A stretch of 60,956 nt of DNA, the filler included. It is 7 parts of 7 records of this genome, joined end to end, with 100 filler letters (N's around TTAATTAATTAA, not from the genome) between each part and the next. Parts side by side here need not be neighbours in the genome. Positions count along the whole stretch, not along the records: positions 36,830 to 43,340 come from SRR31156797_36422; positions 43,441 to 50,725 come from SRR31156797_36441; 5 more parts are not named here. One strand, given 5' to 3'. Positions 40,301 to 48,570 of this stretch are shown here, piece by piece (position 1 is the first letter of the stretch; the number at the start of each line of letters is the position of its first letter). The notes under the pieces are model-generated. The model saw only the letters and a list, made by a program, of their open reading frames with translations. It was not told the DNA's origin and made no database searches. A program made the position numbers and the translations under genes.

Positions 40301-43092
40301 AATTAAATGCTGTATTGTTCAGCATAAGAAAGTCTCTGGCCAAGATAGCTATCCATCTCAGTATTCTCTGCAACTCTACAGATGAATTTATCGCACTCGA
40401 TAAAACCCAGATCTCTATAGTTTCAGAAAGTATCTGGTGGGATTCGCGTGTGTTTTTTGATGTTGCAGCTCAAAATTCAATTCTCAACTTGTCAAAAGAT
40501 ATTACCAAAAAAGAATTCCTTAAGCTTTATAAGGCTGAACTTCACCGTAAAGAAAACACTGCCACATTAGCAAATGACAGTCTTGAGTTAGGTACATTGG
40601 CTAACAGGCATGGCCTTCATGATATCGCTGCCAAATTTCTTGAGCGTGCTGCTCTCAATATAGTCGGATATGGTTTCAGAAAAGACATCACGTTACATGA
40701 AGTCTTCGAATCGATTGAGGATTGTTCGGACTTAAAGTGTTCTCAAGTGCCTGATTGGTTGAGGCGTGTTGCAACCTTTACAACAGATGTTTTTGATTTT
40801 TCAGAAAGAGAAATAAGGCATATTCCGGGCTGGTTCACCAAATTAGTATCAAAACACAACCCTGAACGACTAGTTGACGAATTTGACTACCACTTGGCAG
40901 AACAAAATTGGCATCGAACACATATTATTCTTAAGAATGTCATTAAATCATTTCCACTATCTACTCGACCAGAACATTCATTTCTTCGTTGCATGACAAC
41001 ATTTGATGCGCTTACAGCATTAAAAGAAAGGACCGAGGGAGATGTCACTATAGAACGGATTTATGAAGAGCAAAGCAACATTCTTGGCGGTATGCCCCCA
41101 CGACCCAGAGAGCGCCATTCAACTGAAGACGAAGAGACCCTTGAATGCCCTGATGTAGCGGCTATTCAACCGGATAACATAGATGAATTTAAGTCTACAC
41201 TACACTCCATATCCTACAAAATAAGTGAAAAATTTATCGAAGATTGGATCGAGCACTGGGTAGACCAAGACCAGGGAATCACAATCATTAGTTCGTTTAA
41301 TGCATATTATGAATTTGAAAAATCAGATTATGAGCTTGATAGATGTCTACATAAAATATTTTTATTGAGTACGAAAATTGAGGGGAAAACAAAAGCATAT
41401 AAATGGGCAGTTCGGGATATAAAATTCAACAATTGCTGGAGCAGGTATAGTTATTCCTATGCAGAAAAATCATTAAGAGCATATGGCTCAACATATAAAA
41501 ACAAATGGGAAAATCTTCTCCGAGACACTATGTCGCCAGGCTCATCTACACTACAAAGAGACGAAACAATAATTGTACCCTCCACTCAGCTTGTGACTTA
41601 TTTAGTTTCCGCTGATCAAATTGATCTTGCAGTTGAAATTACTGAAATCATGGTCAGTAGTCTTGAGGGAGATATTGCACATCTTCCTTTAACTAAATTG
41701 TATTGGTATGAACAACCAGTTTCATTAGATAAAGTTTTCTTACATCTAATTTATCTTCACTATAAATGGCCTGATCAATATGCTCGGCTCCTGACTGCAA
41801 GGCAAATTGCAACGTTATTGCAAGATGACACCAATAGTGAGTTTCGTTCGCTATACCTCCAATACTTATCAAAACAACATTATGAAGTTGATATTGTAGA
41901 TTACTTGTCAATTTTGTTGCTTCTTGAAAATTTTCCCTTCAACAAAGAAGATATTATTCAAAAAATACATTTCCCTTCTCTCGTATCTGATGAACTTTTA
42001 TTAAATATAGGCTACATGGATGATGAACGAGATGATTTGACTACATTATATTCCGATTTGCCTGACGATTTAACTCCAAATAGAGCCAAATATGATAGAT
42101 ATGCCAATGGCCTTGCATTGAGATTCATAATAGTTATTGAAGAGATAGAAAAAGAATACAAAATTCCACTTGTTAGGCATTTCCTTCTCGAATGGGAACA
42201 TATCCAAGAAAGGCATTCTTGTTATACTTTCAACCCTCATAATTTCTGTAGCGATCAGTTTTACCCCCAAGATAAGATTCGCTGTAGTTTTTCATGGCCC
42301 GCAGAGGCATCAATATTATCTGCATATGTCAGAACGTTGGCCTACGCTATAGATCAACACTCTATTCCTACAGAAGTTTGTTTAATGCATGCTCAAGAGG
42401 TATTACCGTTCGGTTCAGTTGGTATCAATCTATCTCCTTCTAATCCACCTGATAGTTGGCCTATATTGGACGACTTGATTAAAGATGAGCCGTTACCCAG
42501 TCAAGCTGATTTAGATAAATATCTTTCCCAGATAGCATGTGCTGATGAAATATTGTTACATGCTAATGGTCCTATTCTTAGAAACCACAGTGGCGTTTGT
42601 CTTGATCTGAAAGTCATCTTAGTTTCTCTTCAAAATTCTGAAATTGACGATCCTGAGAGCATGTTCGATTCAATAAGTCACGTAAGGAATACTGAAGAAG
42701 GCATATTTCCGTTAGGCAAATGGACCTGGTCTTCCTCCTTTGGCCGGTGGGAAACAGACTGGCTATCTAGAGGATATTTCCGGCCAACGTATAGTGTTGG
42801 GGATTTGCCAATAAACTCAACAACTCAGAATGAATCCAGTGTGGAGTATTTCGGCGGTAATATAAGTAATGGCGTCTGGCGATATTGGGTCAATCAATGG
42901 TACCCGGTGCATCAAATAGGGGTTGGTAACTCTTTCGGAACATACATGACTGTATCAAAAGAATTTTTCACAGATTTTAAAGAACACTCTGACGGCAACT
43001 ATTATCTAATTGGCAAAATGACTTGTGTTGATAGGCGTGATTTCATGCGTGGAAAGGATGAAATTAAAACTTTCGCTATCTTGCCTGTTTAG
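37309..43092 (+). CDS. Cap4-like PD-(D/E)xK nuclease-STAND/NACHT NTPase with long C-terminal sensor region (Avs/NLR-like); likely start TTG 37363
   Basis: GYTYQD...IEG...LDDV...YQVK nuclease signature; Walker A GLPGMGKST; Walker B VVIIDGLD; GYPL; PFHGSL; more than 1200 aa of C-terminal sequence. Confidence 0.8.
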   Translation: MRNRSTAFYHDHRQRISLLAKSSKIKPSQLTRTGYTYQDLMCLRVLINWFHDPEKYQWISIEGNKELSNIKSLDDVICFTDSGEYELYQVKFTIDSDRDDLRLDFDWLLKKKPKGTSLIQKWSADLERFGKSNVISIAKLITNRKPDTVLSNCLDGNKIDYNLVSDEIKAKVSAQLGGERKAIIFFENLIFEHSQQEIDDLELKLHDSLVPDHANNESWLQLLKTVERWATRKNEPAPDSKIYLEHIHEILSLGSKRTISQFFEVPGGYIPPADEFHKQILDRTAKSGCLVISGLPGMGKSTYLSFLTDQLIENKTPVIRHHYYLSPQFIGDRIAFTNAAQSLQSQIKTLYPFDFNNEKLDPQKLETWINKAADKAAESNETLVVIIDGLDHVYRERSDISQLEHLVNRLEPLKEKIFLLFGTQPISDEYLPNSLLRSAPRESSWIDIPAMGLDAIKSRMDFLVYCEEIDVVGEDDHQRSEIVEISKALLGISHGYPLHIIYSLNSLKLAQGRINKYDVERLPTCPDGDIHAYYENLWVSLSESAKDILLLIANADFSWPNEMHLSYCFEDSLIFRNSFSEIQHLIEKRLSGITPFHGSLFVYLKRKDKFLQSKEELNKKTQAWINRHAPEYWKWGWDWIIEANLGNTIPLLQGITREWLIQSLCTGYPLEHIEHIFNVAECIVFDQKRYPELLRLRSLKTRLLNGPEFQIQDFSEFLDCSFSCSPDTFGLFWRADNLRIIPDNDIVIVAKHMQGKNERIVNTCAKEIYRRIRFYARLEDSNHYQTLNSLVDGYLQVLISYDNPDLNNISEFFDRLTDKSSSFSRIVELLIEHGHRHLLLDLSPFDIPEEISSSIIDEIVLAACIEGVSIEDATPALNVSNSYIGLLHSFLTGEDVRTDKFKELECPEDHDSATYNLFYQYFFNTLIASLNNLGEIEEPQLNEPSNIEEFLKNSWRTFQFASFRIAERIKAENKFEISALYDSFSILNQPDHFLLGYKLNAVLFSIRKSLAKIAIHLSILCNSTDEFIALDKTQISIVSESIWWDSRVFFDVAAQNSILNLSKDITKKEFLKLYKAELHRKENTATLANDSLELGTLANRHGLHDIAAKFLERAALNIVGYGFRKDITLHEVFESIEDCSDLKCSQVPDWLRRVATFTTDVFDFSEREIRHIPGWFTKLVSKHNPERLVDEFDYHLAEQNWHRTHIILKNVIKSFPLSTRPEHSFLRCMTTFDALTALKERTEGDVTIERIYEEQSNILGGMPPRPRERHSTEDEETLECPDVAAIQPDNIDEFKSTLHSISYKISEKFIEDWIEHWVDQDQGITIISSFNAYYEFEKSDYELDRCLHKIFLLSTKIEGKTKAYKWAVRDIKFNNCWSRYSYSYAEKSLRAYGSTYKNKWENLLRDTMSPGSSTLQRDETIIVPSTQLVTYLVSADQIDLAVEITEIMVSSLEGDIAHLPLTKLYWYEQPVSLDKVFLHLIYLHYKWPDQYARLLTARQIATLLQDDTNSEFRSLYLQYLSKQHYEVDIVDYLSILLLLENFPFNKEDIIQKIHFPSLVSDELLLNIGYMDDERDDLTTLYSDLPDDLTPNRAKYDRYANGLALRFIIVIEEIEKEYKIPLVRHFLLEWEHIQERHSCYTFNPHNFCSDQFYPQDKIRCSFSWPAEASILSAYVRTLAYAIDQHSIPTEVCLMHAQEVLPFGSVGINLSPSNPPDSWPILDDLIKDEPLPSQADLDKYLSQIACADEILLHANGPILRNHSGVCLDLKVILVSLQNSEIDDPESMFDSISHVRNTEEGIFPLGKWTWSSSFGRWETDWLSRGYFRPTYSVGDLPINSTTQNESSVEYFGGNISNGVWRYWVNQWYPVHQIGVGNSFGTYMTVSKEFFTDFKEHSDGNYYLIGKMTCVDRRDFMRGKDEIKTFAILPV

Positions 43093-43340
43093 GAAGCTAC
43101 ATTTCTTAGGGTATAGCGTCTTCTTTTGATGTGCACCGTAGAGGATTATAGGCGAGGACTACCATATACTGGACTTTATTTCTCGGAAAAAACCTTCTCC
43201 GGACTATCCCTGTGATTCATCACGTTTTCAAAAATCATAAACCGGTAAGTCAAAACTTTACAGCGGATATATATATTGATATGGATCTGACATGAAGGAT
43301 TTGCAACTTTTTACCTATAACCTTTCCGTAGATCTGGCGA

Positions 43341-43440
43341 NNNNNNNNNNNNNNNNNNNNNNNNNNNNNNNNNNNNNNNNNNNNTTAATTAATTAANNNN
43401 NNNNNNNNNNNNNNNNNNNNNNNNNNNNNNNNNNNNNNNN
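43341..43440. other. Artificial contig linker
   Basis: N run with central TTAATTAATTAA. Confidence 0.98.
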
Positions 43441-44298
43441 GACCAGCTCCACCTTGTTGAATTGGTGCTGGCGAATCAGTCCCCGGGTGTCCTTGCCGTG
43501 GGAGCCCGCCTCGGACCTGAAACAGGGGGTGTGGGCGGTGAACTTGATGGGAAGGTCTTCTTCCTTGAGAATCTCGTTGCTGTAGATATTGGCCATGGGC
43601 ACCTCGGAGGTGGGGATGAGGTAATAGTCCATGCCGTCGATCTTGAAGAGGTCCTCTTCAAACTTGGGAAGCTGGCCCGTTCCGAACAGGCTCTTCCGGC
43701 TCACGATAAAGGGGGGGAGGGTCTCTGTGTATCCATGTTCGGTGACATGGATGTCGAGCATGAAACTTATCAGGGCCCGCTCGAGCCGTGCGCCGCTACC
43801 TATATATAGTGGAAACCGTGCACCGGTGATTTTGGCTGCCCTTGCAAAATCGAGGATGCCCAAATCTTCGCCGATATCCCAGTGGGCCTTGATGGGAAAA
43901 TCAAAGGTCCTGGGGGTCCCCACCGTTTTTTCAAGCGTGTTGTCTTCGTCGGTCATCCCGAACGGCACATCGGGATGGGGCATGTTGGGGAGGGTCATCA
44001 TGAACTGCTGGATGGTGGTATCCGTCTCGGTAAGGGTCTTGTCAAGCTCCTTGATCTGTTCCGAAACGGTTCGCATCTCAAGAATGCTCGACTCAGCATC
44101 CTCCCCGGCGCGTTTCATTTTGGCAATGGCATCGGAAACGGTGTTTCTCCGGTGTCGCAGCTCCTCAATCTGTTGAAGAAGTTCTCTTCTTTTTTTTTCT
44201 GCTTCGGCAAAACCGTCAAAATCAGCTTTGCCGCCCCGTTTGCCCAGGGCTTGTTTGACCTCATCCAAATTTTCTCTAACGTACTTGATTTCCAGCAT
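43441..44298 (-). CDS. serS: Seryl-tRNA synthetase, 3'-truncated by contig edge
   Basis: N-terminal coiled coil, GTGQLPKFEEDLF, LIPTSEV, CFRSEAGS.GKDTRGLIRQHQFNKVE. Confidence 0.97.
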
Positions 44299-44403
44299 TT
44301 AAATACCTATCTGCTATGTGTGCGAAGATTTCGAGTTTTAAGATCCAGTGATCATCGGGAAAAAATATCACGGCCCATTAGATCCGTCAATGATTATTGC
44401 AGG

Positions 44404-44432
44404 TTGACAATTCCTAGCTTGTGTATAATAAT
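44404..44432 (+). promoter_or_regulatory. Sigma-70-type promoter candidate for the 5-FTHF cyclo-ligase
   Basis: TTGACA followed by TATAATAAT (17-nt spacer to AATAAT). Confidence 0.45.
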
Positions 44433-44470
44433 TTTTAAAAAAAATAATACGACTGGGGACAAAGATTATT

Positions 44471-45058
44471 ATGGATGATATTAAAGATAGTAAGAAAAGC
44501 GTTCTGGCTGAAATCTCAGAGAAACTTGCCAGGTTTACCAAGGACGAAATAGCTGAGAAGCAGGCCCAGATTGAACAGAATCTTCTTGAGTTCGCCAATT
44601 TCATGGAAGCTCAACTGGCGCTCCTCTATATAGAGAGAAGCAGCGAAATCCCGACAGGGAACATTATAAAAAAGAGTCTTGACATTAAAAAAGGGATCGT
44701 GCTGCCGTCGTTTGCCGATCCACGGCACGCTATCAATCTGCTCCGGATCCACAATTATGATACTGACCTCATCAAGGGAGACCAGGGAAGGCTTGAGCCT
44801 GACCCTGAAGCCTGCAAGAAGGTCAACCTCGATCAGATCGATATCGCCGTGATCCCGGGGCTTGCGTTTGATGAAAAGGGCGGCCGCCTCGGATTTGGAG
44901 AGGGCTTCTACAACCGGCTCATCGCAAAACTTCCGGAAACCACCCGTAAGATCTCCATCGCCTTTGAAGAGCAGGTGGCGGATCATATCCAGATGGAGTC
45001 GAGAAAGTATAATCTCGATATCATCATCACAGACAAGAGAATCATTTACAAAATATAG
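44471..45058 (+). CDS. 5-formyltetrahydrofolate cyclo-ligase
   Basis: IPGLAFDEKGGRLGFGEGFYNR and D.IIT motifs. Confidence 0.9.
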   Translation: MDDIKDSKKSVLAEISEKLARFTKDEIAEKQAQIEQNLLEFANFMEAQLALLYIERSSEIPTGNIIKKSLDIKKGIVLPSFADPRHAINLLRIHNYDTDLIKGDQGRLEPDPEACKKVNLDQIDIAVIPGLAFDEKGGRLGFGEGFYNRLIAKLPETTRKISIAFEEQVADHIQMESRKYNLDIIITDKRIIYKI

Positions 45059-45098
45059 ATCAATCCTGGGGTGGGGGGCAGTGTCTGTCGCTTTTCTG

Positions 45099-46100
45099 CT
45101 ATTCCGGGCTCAGTGCCTGGTGAAATCGTTTCAGGTTCCGGGCGCGGCCCATGGCGATGACAGTGTCTCCCTCTTCCATGTAAGTGTCAAAAGAGGGGTT
45201 GAAGATCATCTCTCCGTCCGCCTTTTTGATGGCGATGATGATCAGGTTGTAATTTTGCCGGATACCTGAATCCTTGAGCATGATGTTTTTGAGTTCCGAG
45301 TCTGCGGCAACCGGCGCTTCTTCGATCTGGATGGCCCGCTCCTTACGCGTGAGGGCGATGTTCAGGAAGTTGCTGACACTGGGCCGAAGCAGGCGCAGCC
45401 CCATGGACACGGCGCCGATATCATAGGGCGATTCCACCTGGCTGGCACCCGCGGCATAGAGCTTGCTCTTTGCCGCTTTTTTTTCGGCCCGGGCCATGAT
45501 GTCGATTTCCGGGTTGAGCTGCCTTGCCGTAAGCACCAGGAACACGTTGTCCGTGTCCGTTGCAAGGGCTGCGATCAGGTGGGTCGCGTTTCGTATGCCC
45601 GCCTTGAGAAGCAGGGATTCGTCGGAGGCATCGCCCATGAGATAGAGCATATCGTCCTTTATGAGGGCCGGTTCAAGGGCCTTGTTTTTCTCCAGCACGA
45701 CAATGTTCGAGGTCTGTTCGGCAAGCTGTTTGCACAGGATGCGTCCGATCCTTCCGTAGCCGCAGACGATGTAGTGATCTTTCAGGTTGGCAATGCTCTT
45801 GTCCAATTTTCTTCTCCCCAGTATGGATCGTATTTCTCCTTCAACGACAAACTGCACGATGATGCCGGCCAGGTATAGCACGAGACTCACGCTTGTGATG
45901 ATGAGTATGATCGTGAATACCCTGCCTGCGGGGCTGATGGGATGAACTTCGCTGTAGCCCACGGTGCTCAGGGTGAGGGCGACCATGTAGAAGGAATCAA
46001 GGAAATTCCACCCCTCGATGATCATGTACCCCGCCGTGCCAATGGTGGTTATCAGCAGGGATATCAGGGTCGCAATTGTTATTTGTCTTAGTCTGTTCAT
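45099..46100 (-). CDS. Potassium channel family protein (2TM pore + RCK/TrkA_N + TrkA_C)
   Basis: EGWNFLDSFYM...TLSTVGYSE filter region; HYIVCGYGRIG; GDAS; IIAIK...FNP. Confidence 0.9.
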   Translation of the reverse strand: MNRLRQITIATLISLLITTIGTAGYMIIEGWNFLDSFYMVALTLSTVGYSEVHPISPAGRVFTIILIITSVSLVLYLAGIIVQFVVEGEIRSILGRRKLDKSIANLKDHYIVCGYGRIGRILCKQLAEQTSNIVVLEKNKALEPALIKDDMLYLMGDASDESLLLKAGIRNATHLIAALATDTDNVFLVLTARQLNPEIDIMARAEKKAAKSKLYAAGASQVESPYDIGAVSMGLRLLRPSVSNFLNIALTRKERAIQIEEAPVAADSELKNIMLKDSGIRQNYNLIIIAIKKADGEMIFNPSFDTYMEEGDTVIAMGRARNLKRFHQALSPE

Positions 46101-46162
46101 CAGGAATTCCTATAGCTGTGATTTCGGGAAAAAGCAAGGTGATAATTGCCATTGCTATCTTC

Positions 46163-46191
46163 TTGACGGATACAGAGGGGGCTGATAAACT
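46163..46191 (+). promoter_or_regulatory. Sigma-70-type promoter of pcm (probably leaderless mRNA)
   Basis: TTGACG-N17-TAAACT with TGn extension; the -10 ends 7 nt before ATG 46199; no SD. Confidence 0.55.
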
Positions 46192-46198
46192 GTGAACC

Positions 46199-46855
46199 AT
46201 GAACAATGAAGAGAGAAAATTTGAGCGATGGCGACGGGAGATGGTTGAACGGCAGTTGATAGCCAGGGGAATCACCGATTCAAAGGTGCTTGCCGCCATG
46301 GGCCGGATACCGCGGCATCTTTTTGTGAGTGAGGCGTTGACCGACAGCGCCTATGGGGATTTCCCCCTGCCCATTGGGGAGGCCCAGACCATTTCCCAGC
46401 CCTATATTATTGCCGAGATGACCCAGGCCCTTGAACTGACCGGGGATGAGCGGGTGCTCGAGATCGGAACCGGATCGGGATACCAGGCAGCTGTGCTGGC
46501 TGAGATTGTTTTCCGGGTCTATACCATCGAGCGGAACAACACCTTGTTCATGAGAACCCGGAAACTGTTCGACCGGCTCAAGTATCACAATATCGTTGCC
46601 AGGTATTCGGACGGCACCCAGGGCTGGAAAGAGGAGAGCCCCTTTGACGCCATCATTGTCACCGCGGGCGGGCAGAAAATACCACAGCCCCTGATCGACC
46701 AGCTTGCCGTGGGCGGCAGGCTGGTGATGCCGGTGGGCGGCCTTTTCAGCCAGGAACTGATCCGGGTGGAAAAACATGCCGACGGTATCACTTCCCAGAG
46801 TCTTGGCGGCTGCCGTTTTGTAAAATTGATCGGCCAACACGGATGGAAGGAGTAG
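46199..46855 (+). CDS. pcm: Protein-L-isoaspartate O-methyltransferase
   Basis: PRHLFV, QTISQPY, VLEIGTGSGYQAA, PFDAIIVTA, GGRLVMPVG, CRFVKLIG. Confidence 0.96.
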   Translation: MNNEERKFERWRREMVERQLIARGITDSKVLAAMGRIPRHLFVSEALTDSAYGDFPLPIGEAQTISQPYIIAEMTQALELTGDERVLEIGTGSGYQAAVLAEIVFRVYTIERNNTLFMRTRKLFDRLKYHNIVARYSDGTQGWKEESPFDAIIVTAGGQKIPQPLIDQLAVGGRLVMPVGGLFSQELIRVEKHADGITSQSLGGCRFVKLIGQHGWKE

Positions 46856-46858
46856 TCC

Positions 46859-47440
46859 ATGCTCAAACGGCTTTATGACTGGGTCCTTGGCTGGGCCGAG
46901 AGACCCGGCGGAGCCTGGGCCCTGTTTCTCCTGGCCTTTTGTGAATCCTCCTTTTTCCCCATCCCCCCGGATGTACTGCTCATCGCCCTTGCCGTGGGGG
47001 CTCCGAAAAAGTCCTTTAAATTTGTTGCTGTATGCAGCCTTGGATCCCTCCTGGGCGGCGTCATGGGCTATTTCATCGGCTGGCAGTTCATGGGGGTCGT
47101 CGGAGACAGGATCATCACGTTTTACGGCCTTACGGACAAGGTCGACTACATCGCCTCTTTGTTCCGGCATTACGATGCCTGGGCTGTTTCCGTTGCCGGG
47201 TTCACCCCACTGCCCTACAAGCTCTTCACCATATCCGCCGGGGCTTTCGGGGTCAACTTTCCGGTGTTCGTGATTGCATCCGCCGCTTCCAGGACTCTCA
47301 GGTTTGCCCTCCTGGGCAGCTTGATCTACTGGTTCGGACCGGGAATACAGCGGTTCATAGACAACTATTTCAACCTGTTGGCCACGGCCTTTACCCTGCT
47401 TTTGGTTGCGGGATTTGTGGCCTTGAAATACCTTTTCTAA
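46859..47440 (+). CDS. YqaA/DedA (VTT) family membrane protein
   Basis: ESSFFPIPPDVLL, AGFTPLPYKLFTISAG, SRTLRF; the pcm-yqaA order is familiar. Confidence 0.9.
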   Translation: MLKRLYDWVLGWAERPGGAWALFLLAFCESSFFPIPPDVLLIALAVGAPKKSFKFVAVCSLGSLLGGVMGYFIGWQFMGVVGDRIITFYGLTDKVDYIASLFRHYDAWAVSVAGFTPLPYKLFTISAGAFGVNFPVFVIASAASRTLRFALLGSLIYWFGPGIQRFIDNYFNLLATAFTLLLVAGFVALKYLF

Positions 47441-47496
47441 CCGTTTTTCACTGAACCTTTGCTGCCCGGGAGACGGAATTGACTTTAAAAACGACA

Positions 47497-48105
47497 ATGA
47501 CCAGAACCGCTGAGCTTGAGATCTATTTCGATTACACCTGAATCTGGTGCTACTTCAATACCGGGTGTATTGAACAGATAAGAGAAGCGTTTCCCCTGAC
47601 CGTCACCTGGCGGGCCTACCCCTTTCATCCGGACACGCCCCCGGAAGGGACACCCCTGGCCGACTTGATCGCCGATCCGTTTGTGGACATGGCCCAGTTG
47701 GTGGAGCGGATGAAACGCAAGGCCGGGGAGTTGAATCTTCCTTTGGGAAATCTCAAGCGTTCCTATAATACCCGCCTGGCCCAGGAGCTTGGAAAGTGGG
47801 CGGCAGAACGGCATCGGGGTGAAGCGTTTCAACGGGCGGTGTTTGAGGCCTATTTTGTTCGCCAGGAGAATATTTCCATCCCCCGGGTGCTGGCCGACCT
47901 GGCCGGAGCGGCGGGACTCTCCGGGAGCGAGGCACTGGAGATCATCGAAACAAGGGCCTTCAGGGAGGCCGTCGACCGTGACTGGGAACGGTCCCGGGAG
48001 CTGGAGGTGCTGGCGGCCCCGACCTTTTTCATCAACGACCACCGGCTCGTGGGGGCCCAATCCCTCGACCGGATGAGACATTTTATCGATAAAGCAATCA
48101 GTTAA
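47497..48105 (+). CDS. DsbA/FrnE-family oxidoreductase, selenoprotein (Sec at codon 15, UxxC), about 202 aa
   Basis: MTRTAELEIYFDYT-TGA-IWCYF...W.A.PFHPDTPPEG is in frame with ORF 47665..48105 (NTRLAQEL, AAPTFFIN). TGA 47539-41 occupies the first Cys of CxxC. An in-frame TTG at 47479 is an alternative start. Confidence 0.85.
47542..47579 (+). promoter_or_regulatory. Bacterial SECIS-like hairpin
   Basis: Lower stem ATCTG/CAGAT; perfect upper stem TTCAATAC/GTATTGAA; G-rich loop CGGGT starting 20 nt after the UGA. Confidence 0.75.
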
Positions 48106-48119
48106 AGAAGAGTGTTTTT

Positions 48120-48494
48120 TTGGATCTTATAACAAAACAGGGATTTGACTTCGGTTTCGATCCCAAGGCCTGTGAACAGTGTAACAGCCGCTGCTGCAGG
48201 GGCGCATCCGGAAACATCTGGGTCACCCGGCAGGATATTGAAGCGATTTGTGAGTTGTTGAACATCAATGTGATTGACGGCATGGACCGTTACTTCAAAC
48301 GGGTCGGTAACCGGTTTTCCATCAAGGAAGTCTTTTCCGGGGACGAATATCTATGTGTTTTTCTGGAGCCCGGCCAAGGGTGCCGGATTTACGGTGTCCG
48401 ACCGGTTCAATGCAGGACCTTTCCGTTCTGGGACCACTATCGAACCAGGTCGAAAAAGCTGTTGAAGCAGTGTCCTGGAATCAAAATGCTTTGA
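48120..48494 (+). CDS. YkgJ family cysteine-cluster protein
   Basis: CEQCNSRCC...CVFL...CRIYGVRPVQCRTFPFW...CPG. Confidence 0.9.
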   Translation: MDLITKQGFDFGFDPKACEQCNSRCCRGASGNIWVTRQDIEAICELLNINVIDGMDRYFKRVGNRFSIKEVFSGDEYLCVFLEPGQGCRIYGVRPVQCRTFPFWDHYRTRSKKLLKQCPGIKML

Positions 48495-48570
48495 TTCCTC
48501 CGGTGTTTGTCTGTCGCCATTGCTCGCCATAGACGGCGATTTCATCCATAGCTGACAGGGGAGGGCTGAC

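Noticed and set aside
924-43092. Two STAND genes forming one defence island
   Set aside because: They are on different contigs separated by four linkers, so linkage is unsupported.
44299-44470. 6S RNA upstream of the 5-FTHF cyclo-ligase
   Set aside because: The spacer must hold divergent promoters and shows no long self-complementary rod.
46280-47497. 405-aa minus-strand ORF
   Set aside because: Antisense to pcm and yqaA in GC-rich DNA.
47539-47541. Nonsense mutation making dsbA a pseudogene
   Set aside because: The TGA sits at the catalytic Cys position and is followed by a SECIS-like hairpin; Sec recoding fits better.
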